Assembly (NCBI GenBank): GCA_964016885.1
Contig: OZ024745.1
Coordinates: forward strand, 31,992,001 to 32,056,000
DNA length: 64,000 bases
Source: Eledone cirrhosa
Lineage: Eukaryota
Direction: 5' to 3'
Shown: positions 13,184 to 24,618 of the stretch, in pieces
Numbering within the stretch: the first letter of the stretch is position 1
How the letters are laid out: each line of letters begins with the position of its first letter
Position numbers and translations under genes: made by a program
Notes under the pieces: generated by a model
What the model saw: only the letters and a program-made list of their open reading frames with translations
What the model was told of the DNA's origin: nothing
Database searches by the model: none

Positions 13184-14929
13184 TCAGGTTATAAATTGGG
13201 TGTTGAGCTCTAGTCTATTATTGATTGGTGGATGTGTTCTATCTATAATAAGTGCTTCCTTGATTCTAAGATTGCCGAGGTTTCTTTCCTTAGTTTCTAT
13301 CCTAACTGTTATGTTTTTATCGGTGTTTTTGCATTTAACTAGGTGTTTCTTAAATGAGGAAGCGTTAGTATTGAGGTGTTCTTTTATTCTTATGTGGAGT
13401 GGTCTGGTGGTGCTACCTACGTAGAAGTTGTTGCATTTGTCACACTCTAGTCTGTAGACTACGTAAGCCTGGTGGCATAGGTCTGTGTCGTTGATGGGGC
13501 AGTTGGCTAGTCTGCAGCAGTTGTCATGTCTGGTGGAGTGTCTCTTAGCCAGCCGTCCGCGCAAAGAAGGACCCGAATGGGCCAGTTGAATATCCAGACC
13601 CTCTCGTCTGATGGCTCTGCGGATGGCTGTTGTTGTTTCTTCACTGAAGTGTGGGAGCTTCAGGAAGCAAGTGTTAGTGCCTCGGGTGTGGTGTCCTCTG
13701 TTCTTTCTGGCACGGTTTGTGGTGGATGTCGTGTATCCGTTCAGTTTGAGTACTTCCAGGAAATGTGTGGTGTGTATGTCTCGGTCTCTGGCGTCGGTGC
13801 ATTTGTTCTTGATACGTGCCAGTTCGTTCTTTATGTATCCGAACTTGGCACCGAGTGGGAGGGCCGATCTGAAATGTACGAACAGGTCCCTGCTGGCGGA
13901 TTTTTTATAGAAGCAGGTGTGGATGTTGCCTTCCTCTGTTACCCTGAGTTGGAAGTCCAGCAGGGATAGGGATCCGCGGTGATCGGGGTGTTCCATGCTG
14001 AACTTTATACTGGCGTCCATGCTGGAGAATGTTGTGTATATTTTCTCTGCCTCCTCACGGGATGATGTAAGGATGAGTATGTCATCTACATATCGGGTGA
14101 AGAAGGCATGGGAATGGCAGGTGTTGAGGGCTCGGCATTCTAGCTGGTTCATGTAAGTGATGGCCAGCAGGCCCGAGAGGCTGGATCCCATGGGTAATCC
14201 TGTTGTCTGTCTGTATGTGTGGTGGTGGAAGGTGAAGTACGTGTTGTCTACTGTGAAGGACAAAAGTTGGTGTATGTCCGTCGGGTGGAGGCCGTAGCAG
14301 TGGATGTTCTCTGCGACCACGCAGTCCGTCAATAAATCGACAGCTGGGTGAGCGGGGACTGTAGTGTAGAGGGAGACAACGTCGAGGCTAAAAGCGTATT
14401 TATTAAGTTTAAGTTGTTCTGGCTGGAGTTGGTGTAATCTACGTATAACTTCGTCGGAGCTACTGACATGTCCGGGGAAGGTGGAGAGTAGAGGCTTGAG
14501 GACCTGGGAGAGAAGCCAGGAAATTTTGTATAGGGGTCCTTCTATGCTAGAGACGATGGGTCTTATATGCGTCTTAGTGCTATTCTTGTGGGTCTTGATG
14601 AGATGATAGAAAGTGGGCAGTCTGCTATTTCTAGTGGTGTAGTTGAGTTTAATTTTATTCGGGAGTTGTCTTCTCCTACAGATATCGAACCAAATGAAGT
14701 TGGTCTGTTTTTCGATTTGGGCTGCGGTCATGTCCGGGATCACTGTGTACAGTTCACTGTCGCTTAGGTGTTCGAAGGCTAGGTTATTGTATGTGGCTTG
14801 AGAGATGACGCAGAACTCTTTACCTTTGTCGGATGGTAAGTAAATAAGTTCCTTATTCCGTAGGTTCTTCAGGGCGAGTTGTTGTGTCCTGGAGAGGTTA
14901 GGGGCCATCTTCTTCTGTTTCCGTAAGAT
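13184..14929 (-). CDS. Penelope-like reverse transcriptase + GIY-YIG endonuclease (5'-truncated, frame uninterrupted)
   Basis: PSDKG, PTFYHLIKTHK, IRPIVS, SLDVVSLYT, GLPMGSSLSGLLA, RYVDD, and GIY-YIG VVYRLECDKCNNFYVGSTTRPLHIRIKEH...LRIKEALII. The first residues of the listed ORF come from the inverted segment. Confidence 0.92.
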   Translation of the reverse strand: MLRKQKKMAPNLSRTQQLALKNLRNKELIYLPSDKGKEFCVISQATYNNLAFEHLSDSELYTVIPDMTAAQIEKQTNFIWFDICRRRQLPNKIKLNYTTRNSRLPTFYHLIKTHKNSTKTHIRPIVSSIEGPLYKISWLLSQVLKPLLSTFPGHVSSSDEVIRRLHQLQPEQLKLNKYAFSLDVVSLYTTVPAHPAVDLLTDCVVAENIHCYGLHPTDIHQLLSFTVDNTYFTFHHHTYRQTTGLPMGSSLSGLLAITYMNQLECRALNTCHSHAFFTRYVDDILILTSSREEAEKIYTTFSSMDASIKFSMEHPDHRGSLSLLDFQLRVTEEGNIHTCFYKKSASRDLFVHFRSALPLGAKFGYIKNELARIKNKCTDARDRDIHTTHFLEVLKLNGYTTSTTNRARKNRGHHTRGTNTCFLKLPHFSEETTTAIRRAIRREGLDIQLAHSGPSLRGRLAKRHSTRHDNCCRLANCPINDTDLCHQAYVVYRLECDKCNNFYVGSTTRPLHIRIKEHLNTNASSFKKHLVKCKNTDKNITVRIETKERNLGNLRIKEALIIDRTHPPINNRLELNTQFIT

Positions 14930-15560
14930 GTAGCACCACCAGACCACTCCACATAAGAATAAAAGAACACCTCAATACTAACGCTTCCTCATTTAAGAAA
15001 CACCTAGTTAAATGCAAAAACACCGATAAAAACATAACAGTTAGGATAGAAACTAAGGAAAGAAACCTCGGCAATCTTAGAATCAAGGAAGCACTTATTA
15101 TAGATAGAACACATCCACCAATCAATAATAGACTAGAGCTCAACACCCAATTTATAACCTGATAGGGCCTCTAGCCCCATTTTTACACACCCCACACACA
15201 CGCACGCGCACACCTCCACTTATTTTCTCTCACACATACACACACAAAACCAGTTCTAACACCAGATAACACCTACCCCCCACTTTTACGATTAGACCTA
15301 TCTTCCCACACTCACACACACACACACATACCTACACCTTCATGCATTCTCCCACACACATATACAGGCACGCATTTAAAATTTAAAAAAACAATACAAA
15401 AACAAAAACAAAACATAAACAAACCCCTCTTAAAGGGAGACTACTCTTTATCCACCTAATTTTAATTCTTTGATATTAAAGTTAGAACAGATACTCTATA
15501 CTATTTCCGGTCAGCATGGCTTCATTAAAGATTTAAAGACGCTGGACTGAGACCTTTACT

Positions 15561-15598
15561 TCCCTCCGAAGAAGAGATATTATCTCGAAAATTAAGGA
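15561..15598 (+). ncRNA. Candidate minimal hammerhead variant in the Penelope terminal repeat (mirror copy on - strand ~12746-12783)
   Basis: cct-CCGAAGA-a-gagat-att-atctc-GAAA-at-TA-agg: 5-bp stem II and AATT palindromic stem III, but C replaces U at core position 4. Confidence 0.45.
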
Positions 15599-15756
15599 CA
15601 TTTAAATAAATTCAAGGTGAAAGACGAATTCACATCAATATCTTTCACTATTGCATTCTTTTTTCTATGTCCATATCTGCATTGTCTTGGCCTTATTACA
15701 CATATTCTAACGTTTATACCTCATTACACAATGCTTCAAGTGAACTATAACCTCCT

Positions 15757-15803
<47 letters not shown>

Positions 15804-15975
15804 AACGAGTAGGAACCCAACGACTGAGCTCAAGCCGTTTCGACGGCTAATTCTGGATATATATACAGGGTGCGGACGATATGTGTTCGCAATTTTCAAC
15901 TATTAATTTGTGTAAATGAGGTGATTAATCTCATTAGCATATGAAGCTGCATAAGTTGGCTCAATAATAAAAAAG

Positions 15976-16340
15976 AAATAGGATTTCGCTTCAAGCATAA
16001 TAGCTTTATACAATATGTATAAATATTTCGTATCTCCAAAGAAATACAGTTTTAGGAAGCCGTAGCTATGCAAACACCGTGGTGGGGGAGGGGGGGTATA
16101 ACGCCCTCTGGTGATGTCCAGCAGAACAGCTGTCTTCTAGTCCAGCATTCGCAAGCGGTGGGAGGGACCGTCCTGATGAAGGCCAGTTGAGCCTGAAATG
16201 GATAGACGGTTGTCCCTCTTGCTTCTGCTGGACACCCCCCGGTGTTTGCATAGCTATGGCTTCCTAAAACTGTATTTCTTTCGAGATACGAAATATTTAT
16301 ACATATCGTATAAAGCTATGCTTGAAGCGAAATTCTATTT
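15976..16340. mobile_element. Fold-back element with ~100+ bp inverted arms enclosing a hammerhead (copy 1)
   Basis: 15976-16078 is the reverse complement of 16241-16340; inner pairing tgtccagcagaa/ttctgctggaca. Confidence 0.8.
16167..16210 (+). ncRNA. Type I hammerhead ribozyme motif
   Basis: accgtc-CTGATGA-aggc-cagttga-gcct-GAAA-tgga-TA-gacggt: intact core, 6-bp stem I, 4-bp stem II, minimal stem III. Confidence 0.85.
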
Positions 16341-16341
16341 A

Positions 16342-16409
<68 letters not shown>

Positions 16410-17256
16410 AAAAAAATGGAGCGCTGCGTGGTTGCTCATGGTTTACATATGAATAAAATTACTCCTTCATCAGTGATCTTATAACTTTCATTGGTATTTC
16501 ATCGCTTTAAAAATCATATACCTCTAGTTGGCGCGAGCAATAACAAATAAAGTTATTGGGACAAGTAAAATAGGGTGAAACGAGCGAGACATGTAAACAA
16601 ACAACGATGGTATTGCAACGGAAAGATAGGAAGAGACAAGCACATGAAATCTGTAAGCTTAAGCTTGGTGAATTCATGGGCGAGAGATACAGACCATCCG
16701 ACATGGGTGAGATGTGAGCGAGAAAAGGATTTCACACAGGTCAAATGAGAGGAAGTGAGAGAGGGGGAGAAGCAGAGAGTGAGTGAGTGGAAGTGTGAGG
16801 AAGAGACCAGTAGAGAGAGAGTGTGACTGGCAGAGGGGGTAAAAAGAGGAGAGAGTGTAAGAAAGAAACAGACAATAGCAGCTGAGTATTAAAATAACAG
16901 ATTAAAGTTTAAGCAAAGAATCACTGCTTTCACCCTTAACGGGATCGTCTGAAACTAAAAAAGTCAATCTGTGAACGCAGAAGAAAATATTTCAAAAAAA
17001 CGTACCAACCGAAGAAAAACAGGAAGGCGATACTTTGGTTCGTGGAAACGTTCCTTGGCAAAGAACGGAAAAAAACGAAGATAATACGTGATTATTTGGA
17101 GCGGTGAAAACAATTACACGCAAAGACAAAACCACGTTTATGGTATATTTTAATAAATATTTGCTCTATGGTTCTAATATATTTGATATATATTTATCCT
17201 TATCGAACCCTCTTTGGATTTTAGTCTTCAAATTTATAAACAATACAATATAATTA

Positions 17257-17324
17257 CCCCATTACCAGAGGTTTCCCGAATAAGACGAATACAAGAAACG
17301 TCCTCATTTGTTCGTCAGACAAGG
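17257..17324 (-). ncRNA. Type I hammerhead motif (partly decayed)
   Basis: Minus strand CTGACGA-acaaatgaggacg...cgtcttattcgg-GAAA-cc-tct-gg-TA; weak stem I; paralog at 22048-22112. Confidence 0.6.
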
Positions 17325-18550
17325 CAATTTAAAACACAGTGAAATATTTGAAAAATTTCTTCAAGAAAGGCAAAAGTTTAACGGGCAAAAAAAATATATA
17401 AATAAAAGTAATGCAAGAGATATATAAAAATAAAATAAGGAAATATAGTAAGGGTATGTGTATAAATGTGTGTATATGCACCTACAAATGTACATATGTG
17501 TGTATGTGCAAATGCATTTGTATAGTGAAAAAATGTGTTCGTAAGTACATACATGAGGGCAAGCATATCAGTGTATGTGTGACCACAAATACGTATATAA
17601 TATATGTTGAAAAAAGAAATTGTAAGATAATAGAGTTAGCGTACATACAGACTCAGGGACTAAGGATTGAAATATATACACATACAAGTATGAAAGGACG
17701 CGTATAAACACACACACACACACGCAACCACATACATGTATGTGATATATACGGGGAAGGGAGTGTATCAGTCAAAGCAGTGTCAGGCTGAAGGTCGATG
17801 CAGATATAAAAATATAAAATAAGATATGACAATTACCATGCATCTGTAGAGGCTGTCTTGCTCTATGTGGGAGTCACTCGACCTTTAATATTATCTTTAT
17901 TATCATTATTATCATTTTTATTTTTACTATCATTATTTGATTATTGGCAGTATCGGTAGAGGGTTGGACGCCATACTTTATTAGAAAGTTGCTTTGACGA
18001 CAGTGAGAAGACTACACCTGCCACTTAATTCAGCAACAGCCGTCTACAAGCATGGATCCCTGTAAATACATTTTATTGGTTTATTTCTTTCTCAATTTAT
18101 AATTTCAAAATACATTCAACTGTTAAGTAAATCATTATGTAAAATTACACACAGACAATTCAAAATATCCTTTATTACAGTTCATGAAATCGTTTCATTC
18201 TTAAAATGTTAATATGTTCTAAATACTTTGAGTTACTTAGTGGCAAATTCTAGAAATATTTCTGGAACGGTATATGTATGTATGGATGAATGTATGGATG
18301 GATGGATGGGCGCATGTGTGTGTGCGTGTGTATATAAATACAATACTCATAACACACACACATATATATATACGTATATATATATACTTAAATACATGCG
18401 TGTGTCTATATATATTATATATATATATATACACATACATATACATACATATATATACATATACATATATATATATATATATATACACATACATATACAT
18501 ACATATATATACATATACATATATTTATATATATATACATGTATATATAT

Positions 18551-18601
<51 letters not shown>

Positions 18602-18670
18602 GATAGATATATACATATACATACATATATATACATATACATACATATATATATATACATGTATATATAT

Positions 18671-18785
<115 letters not shown>

Positions 18786-18908
18786 TATATATAGATATAT
18801 ACATATACATACATATATATATATACACAGATATATATATTTATACATACATATACATACACATATATATATATACATGTGTATATATATATATATACAT
18901 ATATATAT

Positions 18909-19489
18909 GGTGGCTGCCAACTCGTTTTCGAGTACGGCCACTACTTTATATCCATGTAGGAGAACCCCTACCGATGCGCTGAACAAGTGTGACTTTTTAG
19001 TCCAGCCAACGACTTGAAAACTCTGGTACAAACACTACACTTGTGACAATTATTGACACATAGTGCTGGGCCCATGGTACCATGTGACGACAAGTGCAGA
19101 GAGATCTCCAGATATAAAGCAATGCCTGTGCCGTGAAAGCTTTTATAGTGAGCAAAGGCACTGCACAAAGCCAGTCCCACTCTCTTAATCAAGATGATAT
19201 TTACCAAAAAGAAGAACAAGTCAACATCATTGGATACCATCAGGGTTGCAGGTGTTATATCAGAGTTTTCGTTCTCCTAGAATTCTGCCTTGACAAAGGC
19301 TAAGGCGTCATCTCTCCCGGTGATTTTGGATGGCCATTGACTCTTAAGAGCTCCTTTGCCCTTTGACAGGTTTTGTTTTTAGTCCTGCAGGATGTCCAAA
19401 GTTACCTTCCTCACCAAGAAACCTTGGTGGAGTTGCCAGTTTAGTAACCAAAGACCCGACCATGGGACAGGTTGTACTGGGATACATGT

Positions 19490-19500
<11 letters not shown>
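18909..19500 (-). mobile_element. Non-autonomous RTE-related retroelement, copy 2 (within the duplication)
   Basis: Near-identical to 10283-10873. Confidence 0.7.
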
Positions 19501-19544
<44 letters not shown>

Positions 19545-19654
19545 GGTGCGGACGATATTTGTTCGCAATTTTCAACTGCTAATTTGTGTAAATGAAGTGA
19601 TTAATCTCATTTGAATATGAAGCTGCATAAGTTGGCTCAACTTATAATAAAAAA

Positions 19655-20038
19655 GAAATAGGACTTGGCTTCAAGCATAGCTTTATACAATATGTATAAA
19701 TATTTCGTATCCCCAAAGAAATACAGTTTTAGGAAGCCGTAGCTATGCAAACACCGGGGGGGGGGGGGGGGGGGGGGATAACGCCCTCTGGTGATGTCCA
19801 GCAGAACAGCTGTCTTCTAGTCCAGCATTCGCAAGCGGTGGGAGGGACCGTCCTGACGAAGGCCAGTTGAGCCTGAAATGGATAGACGGTTGTCCCTCTT
19901 GCTTCTGCTGGACATCACCAGACGGCGTTAGCCCCCCGGTGTTTGCATAGCTACGGCTTCCTAAAACTGTATTTCTTTGGATATACGAAATATTTATACA
20001 TATTGTATAAAGCTATGCTTAAAGCGAAATCCTATTTC
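19655..20038. mobile_element. Fold-back element with ~140-150 bp inverted arms enclosing a hammerhead (copy 2)
   Basis: 19655-19806 pairs with 19903-20038, including aacgccctctggtgatgtccagcagaa / ttctgctggacatcaccagacggcgtt. Confidence 0.85.
19847..19890 (+). ncRNA. Type I hammerhead ribozyme motif
   Basis: accgtc-CTGACGA-aggc-cagttga-gcct-GAAA-tgga-TA-gacggt; differs from copy 1 only at the free N7 position. Confidence 0.85.
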
Positions 20039-20039
20039 A

Positions 20040-20088
<49 letters not shown>

Positions 20089-20310
20089 TTTATTTATATA
20101 TATATTATATATATATATATATCCATTTTTTTTCTTATTTATATATATATATATATATATAATATATATATAAATAAGAAAAAAAATGGAGCGCTGCGTG
20201 GTTGCACATGGGTTACATATGAATAAAATTACTCCTTCATCAGTGATCTTACAACTTTCATTGGTATTTCATCGCTTTAAAAATCATATACCTCTAGTTG
20301 GCGCGAGCAA

Positions 20311-21259
20311 TCTATATGTATAAAACTGTGGTTGTCTGTCTGTCTATCGATTTTTGGCACACATCTCCTCTTAGAATCTCTCACGGAATTGCACCGAAAT
20401 TGCTATACTTGTACATTGAGCCCTAGCGAAGACATCGGGAAAAAAAAATTTCAAATTGACCCACCCTATGTGACGAAATCGAATATAATGTATCGATTTT
20501 TGAGCGTAAGTTATCAGTTATTTCCCTTTGTTCTGTTTACATTGAGCGTCTTACGTAAAAAATTACGCTGGCTTTAACAGTTGTCGAGCCAGCAAAATAT
20601 TGACCTGCAAAATTCATCAGTTCGAACACTAGGCTTCCGTTTTGCTTCATTTCCATTTAAAAGCATTTTAAAACAATATTTTTACTTGAAAACAAGTCTA
20701 TTTAAAGACTACGTAAAACAAGCAAATATTTCGTCGTTAGGCGTGCAGACAGACAGTCGTGCAGACAGACAGTCGTGCAGAGAAGTGATATACGCGTGCA
20801 GACAGATAGTCGTGCAGAGAGGTGATATAGGCGTGCAGACAGACAGTCGTGCAGAGAGGTGATATAGGCGTGCAGACAACAGTCGTGCAGAGAGGTGATA
20901 TAGGCGTGCAGACAGATAGTCGTGCAGAGAGGTGATATAGGCGTGCAGACAGACATAACTGATAATTTGGTTACGCTAATGTTTTTCTCTGCGTTGCAGT
21001 GTTTACATTTTCGATCTTTGTTAATAAATAACCAGTGCAGTTTCTATCCCCAGCATCCTCTTTTGTTATAACATTCGGGTTATCGTTATGTTTTCTTAAC
21101 TTCATAAGGCATATTGTTGGTTGAGGGAATATTAATCAAAAACACCACATGCATGTCTGCACAGTAGACACTACAGTTTTTAAGCCAAGAAAGAAACTTA
21201 CATTGTAACTTTAACACAGCTACTGAGCGACCCCGAGCAACGCCGGGCTTTACTGCTAG
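20311..21259 (+). mobile_element. Non-autonomous Helitron with an internal ~37-bp tandem repeat (20740-20955)
   Basis: 5' TC; 3' hairpin cccgagcaacgccggg plus CTAG; inserted between A and T with no TSD. The empty site gcgcgagcaa|taacaaataaag is at 16531-16552. Confidence 0.92.
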
Positions 21260-21977
21260 TACCAAATAAAGTTATCGGACAAGTAAAATAGGCTGAAACG
21301 AGCGAGACATGTAAACAAACAACGATGGTATGGCAACGGAAAGATTGGAAGAGACAAGCACATGAAATCTGTAAGCTTAAGCTTGGTGAATTCATGGGCG
21401 AGAGATACAGACCATCCGACATGGGTGAGATGTGAGCGAGAAAAGGATTTCACACAGGTCAAATGAGAGGAAGTGAGAGAGGGGGGAGAAGCAGAGAGTG
21501 AGTGAGTGGAAGTGTGAGGAAGAGACCAGCAGAGAGAGAGTGTGACTGGCAGAGGGGGTAAAAAGAGGAGAAAGTGTAAGAAAGAAACAGACAATCGCAG
21601 CTGCGTATTAAATTAGCAGATTAAAGTTTAAGCAAAGAATCACTGCTTTCACCCTTAACGGGATCGTCCTGAAACTAAAAAAGTCAATCTGTGAACGCAG
21701 AAGAAAATATTTCAAAAAAAACGTACCCAACCGAAGAAAAACAGGAAGACGATACTTTGGTTCGTGGAAACGTTCCCTGGCAAAGAACGGAAAAAAACGA
21801 AGATAATACGTGATTATTTGGAGCGGTGAAAACAATTACACGCAAAGACAAAACCACATTTATGGTATATTTTAATAAATATTTGCTCTACAGTTCTTAT
21901 ATATTTGATATATATTTATCCTTATCGAGCCCTCTTTGGATTTTAGTCTTCAAATTTTTATTATTTACTATATATAT

Positions 21978-22028
<51 letters not shown>

Positions 22029-22047
22029 AACAATACAATATAATTAC

Positions 22048-22112
22048 CTCATTACCAGAGGTTTCCCGAATAAGTCGAATACAAGAAACGTCCTCATTCG
22101 CTCGTCAGAGCA
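22048..22112 (-). ncRNA. Type I hammerhead motif
   Basis: Minus strand CTGACGA-g-cgaatgag...cttattcg-g-GAAA-cc-tct-gg-TA: 8-bp stem II, 3-bp stem III, poor stem I. Confidence 0.6.
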
Positions 22113-22730
22113 ATTTAAAACACAGTGTAATATTTGAAAAATCTCCTCAAGAAAGGCAAAAGTTTAACGGGCAAAAAAAATATATAAATAAAGTAATGCA
22201 AGAGATATATAAAAATAAAATAAGGAAATATAGTAAGGGTATGTGTATAAATGTGTGTATATGCACCTACAAATGTACATATGTGTGTATGTGCAAATGC
22301 ATTTGTATAGTGAAAAAATGTGTTCGTAAGTACATACATGAGGGCAAGCATATCAGTGTATGTGTGACCACAAATACGTATATAATATATGTTGAAAAAA
22401 TAAATTGTAAGATAATAGAGTTAGCGTACATACAAACTCAGGGACTAAGGATTGAAATATATACACATACAAGTATGAAAGCACGCGTATAAACACACAC
22501 ACACACGCAACCACATACATGTATGTGATATATACGGGGAAGGGATGTATCAGTCAAAGCAGTGTCAGGCTGAAGGTCGATGCAGATATAAAAATATAAA
22601 ATAAGATATGACAATTACCATGCATCTGTAGAGGCTGTCTTGCTCTATGTGGAAGTCACTCGACCTTTAATATTATCTTTATTATCATTATTATCATTTT
22701 TATTTTTACTATCATTATTTGATTATTGGC

Positions 22731-22930
22731 AGTGGATTGGCAGTATCGGTAGAGGGTCTGACGCCATGCTTTCCAGCATAGTTACGTCCCTTTATGATCT
22801 GAGTTCAAATCCCGCCGAGGTTGACTTTGCCTTTCATCCTTACGGGGTCGATAAAATAAAGTACCAGTAATGTACTGGGTAATTGCTGGCCTTGTGCCTA
22901 AAGTAGAAACAATTATTTGATTATTGGCAG
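22731..22930 (+). mobile_element. tRNA-derived SINE, copy-specific insertion
   Basis: Absent from the paralogous site near 17950; flanked by the direct repeat attatttgattattggcag. Confidence 0.85.
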
Positions 22931-23247
22931 TATCGGTAGAGGGTTGGACGCCATGCTTTATTAGAAAGTTGCTTTGACGACAGGGAGAAGACTACACCTG
23001 CCACTTAATTCAGCAACACCCGTCTTAATTCAGAAACAGCCGTATGGATCCCTGTAAATACATTTTATTGGTTCATTTCTTTCTCAATTTATAATTTCAA
23101 AATACATTCAACTGTTAAGTAAATCATTATGTAAAATTACACACAGACAATTCAAAATATCCTTTATTACAGTTCATGAAATCGTTTCATTCTTAAAATG
23201 TTAATATGTTCTAAATACTTTGAGTTACTTAGTGGCAAATTCTAGAA

Positions 23248-23740
23248 GGGCGGTGGATTGGCAGTATCGGTAGAGAGTCGGACGCCATGCTTTCCAGCAT
23301 AGTTGCGTCCCTTTACAGTCTGAGTTCAAATCCCGCCGAGGTTTACTTTGCCTTTCATCCTTACGGGGTCGATAAAATAAAGTACCAGTAATGCACTGGA
23401 TAATTGCTGGCCTTGTGCCTAAAGTAGAAACAATTATTTGATTATTGGCAGTATCGCTAGAGGGTCGGACGCCATGCTTTGCCGCATAGAGTTACGGCCC
23501 TTTATGATCTGAGTTCAAATCCCGCCGAGATTAACTTTGGCTTTCATCCTTACGGGGTCGATAAAATAAAGTACCAGTCACGCACTAGGGTCTATTTAAT
23601 TGACTTTCCCCGCCCCCCCCCCCCCAAATTGCTATAATTGCTGGTATTACCAGTGTTATGGTCATCATTATCTTTATCATTGTAATCTCTTTACCATCCC
23701 CCAAAATAGTTGGCCTTGTGCCTAAAATAGAAACAATTAT
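23248..23740 (+). mobile_element. Two tandem tRNA-derived SINE copies
   Basis: Two heads (ttggcagtatcg), two gagttcaaatcccgccgag B boxes and family tails. Confidence 0.85.
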
Positions 23741-24190
23741 TATTGTACATTTATTGCATTATCCTATAGCGATGCGATTGTACTCTTACTGTACTTTGAG
23801 TCGTAATTATAATTAATTTTTCATTCATATTTTAATTGTTAATCTCTGACTGGACCACTACGTTCACCAATTCAATTAATTTTTAAGCAATGTTTTTTTT
23901 TTAATTTCCTGCTTTCTGAGTTCAAATCACGCCGAGGTCAACTTTGCTTTTCATCCATTCAAGGTCGATAAAAAAATACCAGTCCAGTACTGGGGTCAAT
24001 TCTTTTTCTATATCTTTCTCACTTTCTATCTTTCTTTGGAAGAAATCTGCTGTACTCAGGCCTGGAGAGGGATGGGCTCCGCCAGGCTTAAAATACCCAA
24101 GAAACGCCATATGTCAATACAGTGCCCCCTACGACTCCATCAGGAGTTAAGGGACCATACCGTCGCACCTGACAGGAATTAGATAGATAT

Positions 24191-24618
24191 ATTTCTTTAT
24201 TTACCATAAAGGCATAAAAAGAAGGGACAAATACAAAGGGGGAGTTTACATACAATCAAGTTAAAAGGGTATAAAATGAAAATAATCGAAAAGAAACTCA
24301 AAAGGGAGGGGACGCGGTCAATCGAATCGGCGCCACCCGCGACAGCAGTCGTTCGGCGTAGCCCCACAGATTCGCCACGCCCGGACATTGCACCAATGCG
24401 TGCGCAACGGTTTCTTCGTGACGCACGCATCTAGGGCAAATCTTTTTCGAGGGATCCCTGCCCGGGCGCCCGTGTCTGTAGAGCCTCTCTCGAACGGGTA
24501 GAGCCCCCCGGTAGCACTGCCAGGCTACTTCTGGAAGTTGTCCATTGGTCCCGGGCCGAAAGTCCTACCGAACAGGCTGGCCAGTTCGTCCTCTTCCATG
24601 TCCAGCGACTCTCCAAGG
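24191..24618 (-). mobile_element. 5'-truncated non-LTR element 3' end inserted at a (GATA)n tract
   Basis: Flanked by the 20-bp direct repeat tgacaggaattagatagata (24171 and 24620). The minus-strand end aataaagaaat resembles 57340-57470, which also abuts (GATA)n. Confidence 0.65.

Larger units (their letters stand above)
12628..15758 (-). mobile_element. Penelope-like element with inverted terminal duplication
   Basis: Contains the RT + GIY-YIG ORF. 12628-13416 is the near-identical reverse complement of 14930-15716. Flanked by (TA)n. Confidence 0.93.

Noticed and set aside
23248-23340. tRNA genes suggested by A/B boxes
   Set aside because: Each is followed by the SINE body and no cloverleaf is evident; these are SINE heads.
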